A stretch of DNA of 32,231 nucleotides from Octopus bimaculoides. Lineage: Eukaryota. The notes beneath the pieces were generated by a model that was given only the letters and a program-made list of their open reading frames with translations, was not told the DNA's origin and made no database searches. The DNA lies in NCBI RefSeq assembly GCF_001194135.2, contig NC_068986.1, positions 109,214,621 to 109,246,851 on the forward strand, written 5' to 3'. The translations under genes and the position numbers were made by a program. Positions 10,388 to 22,401 of this stretch are shown piece after piece (position 1 is the first letter of the stretch; every line of letters begins with the position of its first letter).

Positions 10388-10522
10388 TGTATACATGTGT
10401 GTGCGTGTGTGCGTGCATATGTGCGTGAGCATGCATGCTTGTGCGTGTGCCTGTGCGTGTGCATGTGCATGTGTGTGTGTGTGTGCGTGCGTGTGCGTAT
10501 GTTTGTGTGTGTGTGCGTGTGC

Positions 10523-10564
<42 letters not shown>
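10388..10564. repeat. (TG)/(TGCG) mosaic microsatellite running into a gap
   Basis: Direct reading. Confidence 0.9.
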
Positions 10565-11354
10565 NNNNNNNNNNNNNNNNNNNNNNNNNNNNNNNNNNNN
10601 NNNNNNNNNNNNNNNNNNNNNNNNNNNNNNNNNNNNNNNNNNNNNNNNNNNNNNNNNNNNNNNNNNNNNNNNNNNNNNNNNNNNNNNNNNNNNNNNNNNN
10701 NNNNNNNNNNNNNNNNNNNNNNNNNNNNNNNNNNNNNNNNNNNNNNNNNNNNNNNNNNNNNNNNNNNNNNNNNNNNNNNNNNNNNNNNNNNNNNNNNNNN
10801 NNNNNNNNNNNNNNNNNNNNNNNNNNNNNNNNNNNNNNNNNNNNNNNNNNNNNNNNNNNNNNNNNNNNNNNNNNNNNNNNNNNNNNNNNNNNNNNNNNNN
10901 NNNNNNNNNNNNNNNNNNNNNNNNNNNNNNNNNNNNNNNNNNNNNNNNNNNNNNNNNNNNNNNNNNNNNNNNNNNNNNNNNNNNNNNNNNNNNNNNNNNN
11001 NNNNNNNNNNNNNNNNNNNNNNNNNNNNNNNNNNNNNNNNNNNNNNNNNNNNNNNNNNNNNNNNNNNNNNNNNNNNNNNNNNNNNNNNNNNNNNNNNNNN
11101 NNNNNNNNNNNNNNNNNNNNNNNNNNNNNNNNNNNNNNNNNNNNNNNNNNNNNNNNNNNNNNNNNNNNNNNNNNNNNNNNNNNNNNNNNNNNNNNNNNNN
11201 NNNNNNNNNNNNNNNNNNNNNNNNNNNNNNNNNNNNNNNNNNNNNNNNNNNNNNNNNNNNNNNNNNNNNNNNNNNNNNNNNNNNNNNNNNNNNNNNNNNN
11301 NNNNNNNNNNNNNNNNNNNNNNNNNNNNNNNNNNNNNNNNNNNNNNNNNNNNNN
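10565..11354. other. Assembly gap (largest of 12: 7758-7841, 9317-9633, 10565-11354, 12644-13358, 15728-16090, 17963-17972, 22736-22881, 24167-24446, 25421-25430, 26397-26640, 27785-28074, 29728-30348)
   Basis: Runs of N, mostly bounded by (TA)n, (TG)n or (CT)n. Confidence 0.99.
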
Positions 11355-11392
<38 letters not shown>

Positions 11393-12166
11393 CCGAGATG
11401 CTACTGTATTCTCTCTTTTTCTCCCCTGATGTAAAGAATGCATTGTTTTACATCATTTTATTCTGGAATAATACCAATGTTTTCTTCGGAAGTATAAATA
11501 TTTGAATAACACCTGCGTTTAACTCCGTTTATTTATTTATCTATGTTATACAAAAACTTTTCACTAAACCCTACAATTTCAACATCTTCTTTCATACATT
11601 TCTATACATACATACTTTTCTGACTTCTCATTACTCCGATAATTCTGCATTTTTACAGTTACACTTTTTCCATGACAGTAGATACATTTTTTTATTCCAC
11701 AACGTATTTGTAGTGGCTTCATGCAGGCATTGCGTGGATTCGATCCTCGATTGCCAAATTTCACTAAACACTTCAACAGTGCTTTTCTCACGGTAAAACA
11801 ATAGTTTTTCTGTGAATGACAGCAGTTATACGTTTCACAGATGCCTTCGCTAAGCAGAATAATGTCTTTGCCTCTCGCCAACCTCCGAAAACCTCTCTCG
11901 CCAACCGCCAACAATCTCTCCCTCCTCCAGCTGACAGTTTTTTGTACTTTTTCGTGACGGAAAATACACCTTTTGTGGCAGTTATAACGAAATTGCTTTC
12001 TTATATCAGAATAATAAGGCGTTTCAATAGAACATCTTTACCCCCGGGAATTACCGGGTGCACCAGTTTGTGTGTATATATATATATATACATATATATT
12101 CCAAAGTAAGCACATACTTGTGAAACAAGGAGGGAAAAATACTACTCGAATACCGGAGGTAGAGTA

Positions 12167-12203
<37 letters not shown>

Positions 12204-12597
12204 CCTAACTCATCAACGCGTTGTGTTCTTCAGCAAGTGACTTCATTCATTTCGCTTTGCTCCACTCTACACACTTGTAGTTTGTGTGCGCGTGTCAGTG
12301 GACTCTATGCATGCTTTTTCTCCTCTTCTCTTTCCCTCTTTCTTTTGTTATGGTTGTTGTTGTTGTTGTTGTTCTTGTTGTTGCTATTGTTTGTTCCGTT
12401 CGTTCTTTTGTTTTCGTTTTCTTTCTTTTTAACAGTCGTCGCTCTATTGAAAGAATCTTAACAAAAGAAACAATTTGAACAGATTACAAACCGTGTGCCG
12501 CAGCAACATAATTCAATTCATTCACTGCACTTACATACATACATACATACTATATGTGCCAACACACACACACATAAGTACATACATACATGCATAT

Positions 12598-12643
<46 letters not shown>

Positions 12644-13358
12644 NNNNNNNNNNNNNNNNNNNNNNNNNNNNNNNNNNNNNNNNNNNNNNNNNNNNNNNNN
12701 NNNNNNNNNNNNNNNNNNNNNNNNNNNNNNNNNNNNNNNNNNNNNNNNNNNNNNNNNNNNNNNNNNNNNNNNNNNNNNNNNNNNNNNNNNNNNNNNNNNN
12801 NNNNNNNNNNNNNNNNNNNNNNNNNNNNNNNNNNNNNNNNNNNNNNNNNNNNNNNNNNNNNNNNNNNNNNNNNNNNNNNNNNNNNNNNNNNNNNNNNNNN
12901 NNNNNNNNNNNNNNNNNNNNNNNNNNNNNNNNNNNNNNNNNNNNNNNNNNNNNNNNNNNNNNNNNNNNNNNNNNNNNNNNNNNNNNNNNNNNNNNNNNNN
13001 NNNNNNNNNNNNNNNNNNNNNNNNNNNNNNNNNNNNNNNNNNNNNNNNNNNNNNNNNNNNNNNNNNNNNNNNNNNNNNNNNNNNNNNNNNNNNNNNNNNN
13101 NNNNNNNNNNNNNNNNNNNNNNNNNNNNNNNNNNNNNNNNNNNNNNNNNNNNNNNNNNNNNNNNNNNNNNNNNNNNNNNNNNNNNNNNNNNNNNNNNNNN
13201 NNNNNNNNNNNNNNNNNNNNNNNNNNNNNNNNNNNNNNNNNNNNNNNNNNNNNNNNNNNNNNNNNNNNNNNNNNNNNNNNNNNNNNNNNNNNNNNNNNNN
13301 NNNNNNNNNNNNNNNNNNNNNNNNNNNNNNNNNNNNNNNNNNNNNNNNNNNNNNNNNN

Positions 13359-13410
<52 letters not shown>

Positions 13411-13609
13411 ATCAGTGTACAGATATATATATATGTGTGTGTATATAAGTTATATATATATATATGTATATAAGTGTATAGATACATCTATATTATATAT
13501 ACACATGTATATAAATGTATATACATATATATAAATCATGAATATACATGTATATATATATGTATATAAATGTGTATACATATATATAAAACATGAATAT
13601 ACATGTATG

Positions 13610-13645
<36 letters not shown>

Positions 13646-13712
13646 CACACATGTATATAAATGTATATAAATGTATATATATATATAAAACATATATATA
13701 TATATGTGTGTG
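13359..13712. repeat. (TA)-rich mosaic microsatellite with ~56-bp higher-order duplication
   Basis: TATAAATGT(A/G)TATACATATATATAAA(T/A)CATGAATATACATGTAT occurs at ~13509 and ~13565. Confidence 0.85.
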
Positions 13713-14667
13713 TGTGTTTGTGCGCATTAGTGTGTACATCGTTCTCACACTCTTTCTCTCTTATATCTATCGTTCATTCCTCTCCTTTTTTCACTCTGTA
13801 TGTGTGTGCGTGCGCGCGTACCTATATCTCATTCCCGATCTTTTCTCGCTTTCTCCCTCTCTTTTTATCTTAAAAATCCATCCTTTATTTCCCACCCCTT
13901 CTCTCTTTCTTCTCTCCCCTCCCTCTCTCTCTGAAAACCATATCCCGCACATCCAGCCACTATTCACGGCAGACATATTGATATCTTTAATACCCTTTAG
14001 CTGTTTATTGCGCATTGAAGCGTTATGCGTAACCGCTCTCCACCGTCCACTTCACTCTTTTTTATCCACGTGTTTTGTGTGATCATGCTTACACACGGCA
14101 TACATAAATATTTATTGCTTAGTCAGGACGACCAGCGTCCATGGACTCCCTTTGGGGACTTGCAAAGCACGAAGGACGGAAGTTCTGCTCAGAATGGGAA
14201 CACAACACAAATGCTTGTAACAAAGTTGTCTCCCCCTAAAGACAAACACCTTTTGATAGTATTAAACCGAAGGTGGGGTGTGGGAGATAAATCTTCCATC
14301 CAGGAGCAGAAACCGTTCTTTCAAAGGGCTTCTATTCATTTTCGTCTCCGAAATTCTAGTTATAAATCTTTGGCTGATCGTTGGCTCTTGTAGAAAGCAA
14401 AGGAACCCTGGCTAGGTCCCACGCTGTGAGATCGAAATTCAAACTACATAGTTACGAGGTGAACCTCTTTAGGATATAGATTCATTACGTTCATTCATAC
14501 AGTCCTCAAATCATTCACTGCAAATGATCGCGGTATCTGGGACAATAAAAGACTTTCTTACGATTTAAAGGACCATGAACAAAGCAAGATGCTTCTCTTC
14601 AGAACCTTGCCCCCAAAAAGGGGACCGATCAATCTTTACCCTAAATTAAAAAGAAAAAAAAGAAGAC

Positions 14668-15274
14668 ATGCATATATACATGCATACACACATGCACACG
14701 TACATACATGCATACACACATGCATACCTACCTACCTACCTACCTACCTACATATATACATACATACGTACATACACATACATGCATGCACATACACATA
14801 CATGCATACACATACATACATGCGCATATACATACATGCATACATACACACACACACCCACCCACACCCACACACACATATATATATATATATACATACA
14901 TAATACATACACACGTGCATACATGCACATACACATACATGCATATACATACATACACACATACATTCATGCATACATACATACATACATGCATACATAC
15001 ACACATGCATATTGCACATGCACATACATATACATACATACACACATACATCTGCATATATATTGCATATAATTAGAAACAATGTTATACACACACACAC
15101 ACACACACACACACCACACGCATGTGTGTGTGCATGTATGTGTATGTGTTTGTGCATGTATGCTTTCATGCATGTATAATTTATGTAATTATAAAGATAT
15201 ATATATGTTTGCATGCATGTATCTGTGCATGTATGTACGTATAATGTACACAATTATAAATATATATGTATGTA

Positions 15275-15350
<76 letters not shown>

Positions 15351-15372
15351 GGGAGAGAGAGACAGATAGATA
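14668..15372. repeat. Long compound microsatellite (CATA/CCTA/CA/TA/GATA)
   Basis: Direct reading. Confidence 0.92.
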
Positions 15373-15484
15373 GATAGATAGATAATCAATGCAATGAACA
15401 ATAGCAAGGACAACTCAGGAGGGCCAAGGTTAAAAAAAGTATGGTGCTAGCTTCATGCTTAAGTGGGAAAAGAAAAATAAAACC

Positions 15485-15513
15485 TAACGTTTCGGATGTT
15501 AGTCGTTCTTCAG
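15485..15513 (-). ncRNA. Minimal hammerhead-like relic
   Basis: Minus strand reads CTGAAGA-acgactaacatcc-GAAA-CG-TT-A, with palindromic AACGTT as stem III. Stems I and II are weak. Confidence 0.45.
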
Positions 15514-15694
15514 AAAAAAGGGAAACATATCGGTGGAATGAGAAAGAGGAAAAGTTAATAAGAGAAACAAACCTAACCAGGGGTTAGGGACCAGGTGAGA
15601 ATGCGGTTCTATGGGAGGGAAAGTGTCGTGTGTAGACGTGAACATATAGGACATACATACGTACATACATACATACATACATACATACACACAC

Positions 15695-15727
<33 letters not shown>

Positions 15728-16090
15728 NNNNNNNNNNNNNNNNNNNNNNNNNNNNNNNNNNNNNNNNNNNNNNNNNNNNNNNNNNNNNNNNNNNNNNNNN
15801 NNNNNNNNNNNNNNNNNNNNNNNNNNNNNNNNNNNNNNNNNNNNNNNNNNNNNNNNNNNNNNNNNNNNNNNNNNNNNNNNNNNNNNNNNNNNNNNNNNNN
15901 NNNNNNNNNNNNNNNNNNNNNNNNNNNNNNNNNNNNNNNNNNNNNNNNNNNNNNNNNNNNNNNNNNNNNNNNNNNNNNNNNNNNNNNNNNNNNNNNNNNN
16001 NNNNNNNNNNNNNNNNNNNNNNNNNNNNNNNNNNNNNNNNNNNNNNNNNNNNNNNNNNNNNNNNNNNNNNNNNNNNNNNNNNNNNNNNNN

Positions 16091-16133
<43 letters not shown>

Positions 16134-16841
16134 CATACACACACTCACATATATGTGTGTGTGTGTATCTATGGATATGTATATATGTATGTATGCATGC
16201 ATGCATGAATGTATTTATGTATGCATGTATGTATGCATGTACTAATTTCGTCCGTTCCTTATGAAGTACACGTTATTTTCGAAAATCAAAATGGTGAGTG
16301 AGCCTAAAAAGAAAAATAAAAGACTGAGAACTACTTCTCCAAAATATAAGATGTCTTTTTATCATTTCTCTGATTTTCAATAAATTTGTTAAACCCAAAC
16401 GAAAGACATATGATGGTTATTTTCGTCAATTTACTAACTATTGTTCTATGAAATACATGCACACAATTAAGTAGCTATCATTTGCAGGAGATTATTAACA
16501 GTAACTAAATCAGTTAAGAAGGTTTAAGTAGATTTTGATTGCATTTGTAAAAACAGAAATTGTTTTTTTGATGAGCGAGTTGATCTGAAGAAGCAGGTAA
16601 ACCCGAGAGAATCGTTAGTGAAACTTAATCGGCGTATCTTTCTATTTGCGTTACGCAGTTGTTATTTGTAAGAGTAACTTTCAAAACAGGCTTCTACTGC
16701 CGTAGATTATATCAAGACGGCCGCGGCTTACGACTGGTGCGGATCGCAGGTTTATCGCGAGTTCGACACCACCGCGTTCACGTTCGAGCAAGCCAGCGAA
16801 GCGGGCGATGAACATACACGCTTTAGTAATCATACAATAAT

Positions 16842-17662
16842 AATCCTTTCTACTGGAAGCACAATGCCTCAAATTTGGAGGAAGGGATTAAGTCGATTAC
16901 ATCGACCCCAGAGCGTAACTGGTACTTATTTAATAGACCCCGAAAGGTTGACAGGCAAAGTCGACCCCGACCGAATTTGAACTCAGAACATAACAGCAGA
17001 CGAAATACCTATTTCGTTATTGCCCACAAGTGGCTAAACATAGAGGAAACAAACAAGAACAGACGAACGGATTAAGTCGATTACATCGACTCCAGTGCGT
17101 AACTGGTACTTAATTTATCGACTCCGAAAGGATGAAAGGCAAAGTCGACCTCGGCGGAATTTGAACTCAGAACGTAACGGCAGACGAAATACCGCTAAGC
17201 ATTTCGCCCAGCATGCTAACGATTCTTATTTCTTTATTGCCCACAGGGGGATAAACATAGAGGGGACAGACAAAGTGATTAAGTCGATTACATTGACCCC
17301 AGTGTGTAACTGGTATTTATTTAATCGACCCCGAAAGGATTAAAGGCAAAGTTGACCTCGGCGGAGTTTGAACTCAGAACGTAGCGGAAGACGAAATACC
17401 GCTAAGCATTTCGCCCGGCGTGCTAACGTTTCTCATTTCTTTATTGCCCACAAGGGGCTAAACATAGAGGGGACAAACAAGGACAGACAAAGGGATTAAG
17501 TCGATTACATCGACCCCAGTGCGTAACTGGTACTCAATTTATCGACTCCGAAAGGATTAAAGGCAAAGTCGACCTCGGCGTTTGAACTCAGAACGTAAAG
17601 ACAGACGAAATACCGCTAAGCATTTCACCCAGCATGCTAACGTTTCTGCCAGTTCGCCGCCT
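16842..17662 (-). mobile_element. Head-to-tail array of four tRNA-derived SINE copies
   Basis: Units are 16842-17009, 17010-17225, 17226-17432 and 17433-17662. The minus-strand head GGCGGCGAACTGGCAGAAACG (A-box region) is complete only in the last unit; a B-box GAGTTCAAA is present in every unit. Confidence 0.92.
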
Positions 17663-17908
17663 CAAACACATACATGCAATAATAATAATAATCGAACTTC
17701 TAACTTGGTGCTTATGCAAAATAATGAAATGAATTCTAATTTTCAACAGAAAAATATTTATTACCTGAAAATATAAATAAAATAATATTCGAACATTTAA
17801 ATAAAAATCGAAAACACTTTCTGTGTTTATTTTATTAATATATTAAAATTCACGCTCACTGACTTGCTAATACACACACATACACACATGCACACACACA
17901 TTTATTCT

Positions 17909-17962
<54 letters not shown>

Positions 17963-17972
17963 NNNNNNNNNN

Positions 17973-18011
<39 letters not shown>

Positions 18012-18848
18012 ATGTGTGTGTGTGTGTGTATACACACACCCCCTCTTCCTTTCTCCTTCCATTTGTCTATGATTTTTTTATCAATCTGTGTATGCAAAGT
18101 TCTTTTACTTGCCACCAAGCCTCGTACTCATTCTGCACCGCTTAGGTTAATTCCCTCTGTTTTGAAGACCATGCACTCACTCCCATACAATTGATCACTA
18201 GCAATCAAGCAGACGTTGTCAAAGATTTATGGAAACCTACTCCAGCCTTCACGTAGCGGAAAAATTTCACGTTCCTTTCGTCCATTCTTGGATAAATTCC
18301 GCAGGTAAAGAAGCACCTGTCTTTGTGAAGCACTGTTGCCATACATTTTACTTTGACTGACATCCGTTTATATTTAAAATCTCCTTTTGATTTGTAAAAC
18401 CAACAAAGGAGGTCTTGTTGCATCAGTGTACATTTTTTGTTATTGTTGTTGTGAATACTCTTGCGTAAATTTGTTTCGAATGTCAAATTGTAACCACCTG
18501 TAATTGCGCATGTATCTGGGACTAAGCGTTTCCATTATCATTTTTAATGTTTATCTTTTTTAACTCTGCTTCTTTTTTTTTTTTTGTTGCTTTTTTTTTC
18601 ATCTTTTCTTACATTCAATTTTGTTTATTCGAAATTTCTGGACGCCGGTGCCGCATCCAATGCTGCTCCCCTCCCACTATTCTCTATTAGAAGCCATATT
18701 AAAAGATGCAAACACAAGAAAGTTCTTTTCTTTTATGAAAAATGTCTGAAAGACAGATTACACTGTGTAACAAAATTTTAATTATTTTTTGTCTTTGGCC
18801 AGTAAGTGTTATTTCCTACTTGCTTCTATTTAGAAATCAAACCAAATG

Positions 18849-19618
18849 ATTATTATTCCCTTCAAACTTTGCTTTGTGTCAGCTGTCCACAGCCAGCAGA
18901 CTAAGGTGACTCTTGTTTTACTGGTCATGCTTCAAGACCTCTGCGAAAAATTCTTGAAGTTCCAAGCAATACTGAGTTTTGTATGTGTTCTACCTTCACA
19001 TTTGCACCACTGATCTTTTTCAGCCATGCTGGTAGTTGAGTGCTGATACTTCCAACTGCACCGATTACTATTGGGATCACGTCTACTCTCCTCATTTACC
19101 ACAATCTTTGTATTTCCCACTTCAAACCGCCATAGTTGATTATTTTTTCTTCTTCCTTCACATTGATCCTGTTGTCACCAAAGCATGCTCTGTCGATTAT
19201 CATACATGTTCTTTGTTTTTTATTCACCACAACAATGTCCGATGATCGCACTGAATCATTGCATCCCTCGTGATTTTGCAATTTTCATTCTCGGTGACTC
19301 CTTCTGAGGTTTTCTCATACCACGTCTTTGCTCTTTGTAGGCTGTGATTTCCACAGAGCTCCAAGTGAATCATTCTTGCCTCATTGTCATGGCGTCTTTT
19401 GTACTCGCGTTGTGTCAATTTCGGGCATTCACTAACGATGTGCCATACCGTTTCACCTCTTTCACCACACATTCTGCATTTATCGCTGTCGACAGTGTTG
19501 TCTATTCTGCACTTCACCTAGTTGGTCCTTAACGCTTGTTCTTGAGCTGCGCATAAAGTGCTTCTGTCTCTATCTTCAGGTCACTCCTCCTCATCCATAG
19601 TCAGCGGTCTTCCGTATC
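18849..19618 (-). mobile_element. R4/Dong-type non-LTR retrotransposon 3' remnant with (AAT)3 tail
   Basis: ETEAL(fs)CAAQEQALRTN*, KCRMCGERGETVWHIVSECPKLTQREYKRRHDN (CCHC), DIVVVNKKQRTCMIIDRAC (RLE), VIPIVIGAVG and LLGTSRIFRRGLEA* (stop 18927-18925). Short UTR, tail at 18857-18849. Confidence 0.93.
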
Positions 19619-19621
19619 ATC

Positions 19622-19664
<43 letters not shown>

Positions 19665-19703
19665 CAACAACAACAACAACAACAACAATAATAATAATAA
19701 TAA
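19622..19703. repeat. (TAA)n(CAA)n(TAA)n trinucleotide tract
   Basis: Direct reading. Confidence 0.97.
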
Positions 19704-19710
19704 CTGTTTG

Positions 19711-19805
19711 AACGTTGGATAAAATACATTGTGGTGTTTGTTCCCGCTGCTTACGTTCTGAGTTCAAATCCTACTGAGGTCTACTTTGTCTTCTGAGTCG
19801 ATATA
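19711..19805 (+). mobile_element. Degenerate SINE fragment (same family as the array)
   Basis: TACGTTCTGAGTTCAAATCCTACTGAGGTCTACTTTG matches the revcomp of the array units; B-box at 19760-19771. Confidence 0.75.
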
Positions 19806-19807
19806 AT

Positions 19808-19849
19808 CACCTGATAACTATTGGTGCTCAAACGGAGAGAAACGTTGTG
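19808..19849 (+). ncRNA. Weak hammerhead-like relic
   Basis: cac-CTGATAA-(21 nt)-GAAA-CG-TT-gtg: 3-bp stem I, core G8A, poor stem II. Confidence 0.3.
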
Positions 19850-20480
19850 TAGAAGTTAATATTGAAATATTCTTCATCTCAGATGAAGAATTGGAAATTA
19901 GGAAAATTACAATCATATTAATCAAAGATTAGGTTACTATAGTGTGTGATCTTCCGCAGTAAATGTAGTTTACGGTACTTAGTACGTGATATAGTAAATG
20001 ACAAAAGATGGAAAGATGTTACATATACATATAACAGGATGAAAATGTTGCTTTACAGCTGTTTCAAGCATTCGGCGACTTGTCGATACTATAATACATA
20101 TTAATCAAACGGATTTACATAATGCAACAATAACTATACACAGAAAATATGCGAAAAATATCATCAATTCGCATGAAGCATATGTTAATATGTTTATACT
20201 GGAACCACCGAATAGTTTCGTCAGAAGGCTGAGTGGCAAATACAACAGCAAAGAGTCGCACATTTATGCTAATATCCAGACATCAGTAAGAAAACTGGGT
20301 GGGGGGCATAATTAGTAATGGAGAGGTGAATACTGACAAAGCGGGGGAAAACAAGTGAAGTTAGGATCAGAAATACGGTGGTGAAAACTGAAGGATTGTA
20401 ATGCAAAACGTTTATCGTTAAAGGATTTAATTGTAAATAGTAATGAGAAAGGAATAAATGATTATCTTATGGATTTCATT

Positions 20481-20561
20481 AGCTTACAGATGTTTCTGCT
20501 ACAGGGTGCAGTGGGCTCATAGTTGAGTGCCTTAATAACACCTTATAGCTTCATCGGAGCC
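20481..20561 (-). ncRNA. Type I hammerhead ribozyme relic with long stem II
   Basis: ggct-CCGATGA-a-gctataaggtg...caccctgtagc-a-GAAA-catctg-TA-agct. Stem I is 4 bp, stem II 10 of 11 paired (one G-U) with an inner hairpin, stem III near-palindromic. The core carries U4C. Confidence 0.7.
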
Positions 20562-20836
20562 TCGAATATGAAGTGCAGTTTATTTGGGAAAGAGTTACAT
20601 TTGTGTCTATATAGGGAACGGCAAAGTATTAGTCTTTTATACTTTAATATTAATTATTTAGCACAGAGTGTTAGCAATTAATAAATCATGTAGATGTCCT
20701 GCTATTCATCAACATTTCATTCTTTATAAAAAGGATGTCATGCCAAGAACGTATATATGATTTGTTTATATGATAGTCATTAATATAGACAAAAGTACAT
20801 TTTTTAAATCGCCCTGCAGTGCAAATATCTCAGGAA

Positions 20837-21034
20837 CATTATACGCTGTAGTAAAAATATCCCAGTAGACTGCACGCTATATTATAATTAGGCTGGTACA
20901 CCGCATTCTATAAAGTTAATGGCCTGGTAAACCGCACGCTATAATGTAAATGGGTTGGTAAACTGAGTGTTGTGGTGTAAATGTCCCAGAAGACAGCAGG
21001 CTATAGTATAAATTGCCCCACAGACTGCACGCTA
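20837..21034. repeat. Diverged 31-bp minisatellite, ~6.4 units, no indels
   Basis: Units start at 20837, 20868, 20899, 20930, 20961, 20992 and 21023; shared core GAC(T/C)GCACGCTATA. Confidence 0.85.
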
Positions 21035-21104
21035 AGTTTGTATTAATAGGTTCTAAATGTCTTTTGCTTAGATATAATAACACCATAGTTTTTACTATGT
21101 GAAG

Positions 21105-21144
<40 letters not shown>

Positions 21145-21735
21145 TATTTATGGATGCAGACAGTAGGTGAGAGCTGAATATGCTCAGCATAGAAGACAAG
21201 TAGTAGCGCTCAAATGAATTCGAACTGAAATCGTAATTGAATTTATCTGCGTTACTACCTCCGTATCAGTTCGTTTTGGGTTTCCCTGGGAACCACACTT
21301 GACGCCGCCTAGACCTAGTCCTGGAAGAAACACTCGGAGTTTCAGCTCAAACTCACTTGAGCACTACTATGCGTGTGTATGTGTGTGTGTATGCGTGTGT
21401 GTGTGTATGATGTATGTGTGTATGCATGTATTTATGTACGTGTGTATGTATGTATGTATGTATGTATATATAAGTATATGCATGTATGTATGTATGTATG
21501 TGTGTGTGTATGTATGTACATGTGTATGTCCTGAGTATGACTCCCGTAACACACACATCTGCATCCCGTAACACACACACGCACACATATACACACACGC
21601 ACGCGAACACGCATTACCCACCCACTCACTCACTTACATACATACACACACACACGAACATAAACATCAGACTTCCCATTTAAATTCGCTGCGGTATACC
21701 TTTTCTTCTACGTTTCTTAAACCTTTTTATTCACT

Positions 21736-21763
21736 TTGATAAAGAGAATTATCCGAAACGTTA
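21736..21763 (+). ncRNA. Minimal hammerhead-like relic
   Basis: TTGATAA-agagaattatcc-GAAA-CG-TT-A; same 3' half (ATCCGAAACGTTA) as the 15485 motif, with two core substitutions. Confidence 0.35.
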
Positions 21764-22041
21764 AATTCTTTCTAGTTTCTTCCTTTGGCGTTTCTTTCTT
21801 TATTAAACAGTTTGGTCATTGTTTCTACACCTTTTCAGCCACAGGTTTTCGTTTATTTCACTCAATCTACTATCGAGTTGTTTGTCCCCTCTTTGCCTTA
21901 TAATTTTACTCATGTTTTTTTGTATAAGTTTTAACCATTTATCCATAAATGAGCATGTCTGTGTGAGTGTGAATGTGTGTGTGTGTGATGTATGAGCATA
22001 TCTAGATTTTTACATACATACATACATACATACATACACAT

Positions 22042-22072
<31 letters not shown>

Positions 22073-22129
22073 CATACAAGCATGCATATATGTGTAAATA
22101 TGTGCTTGTAAACATCTGACAGAGTCCTG

Positions 22130-22258
22130 GACAGTTTTCGTCTACCAAATGTCCCTGAAATGTTTTTGATCGAGTGTAAAACACACCAAAGAGACAGGGT
22201 TCTGAGATCGAACTCGGAACCACAAGATCGAGAAGCTAATTTCTTAGCCGCACTCTAC
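22130..22258 (-). mobile_element. Degenerate SINE (family of 26651 and 29567 copies)
   Basis: TTTTCGTCTACCAAAT...GAACTCGGAACCAC resembles 26668-26762. Confidence 0.55.
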
Positions 22259-22322
22259 ACATGAATACATATATGATCTAGAAAGAAAAAAAAACAAAAA
22301 AGAACACAGCCCGATCTTTCGA

Positions 22323-22401
22323 TAAGACTCTGGGGTCGATCTAATCAACTACCCGCCATCCAAAAAATTTCAGGTTCTGTTCCTATAGTAGAAAGGATTA
22401 T
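22323..22401 (+). mobile_element. SINE 3' part
   Basis: Revcomp similarity to 23833-23910 and to the tail of the first array unit (TGGGGTCGATCTAATC...TAGTAGAAAGGATTAT). Confidence 0.65.

Noticed and set aside
12040-12067. Helitron 3' end (CCCGG/CCGGG hairpin then CCAG)
   Set aside because: The stem is only 5 bp, the terminus is not CTRR, and no 5' end was identified.
14025-14393. 122-aa ORF as a host exon (also 18205-18486 and 11579-11914)
   Set aside because: No recognisable domain and no convincing paired splice sites; the lengths are compatible with chance.
14575-14605. Minus-strand CTGAAGA followed by an AAGCA/TGCTT hairpin (also CTGACGA at 20224-20218)
   Set aside because: No GAAA follows the hairpin.
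16842-17662. CRISPR-like repeat/spacer array (also considered for 20837-21034 and 9100-9990)
   Set aside because: The units are homologous along their whole length with no unique spacers, there are no cas genes, and the context is eukaryotic.
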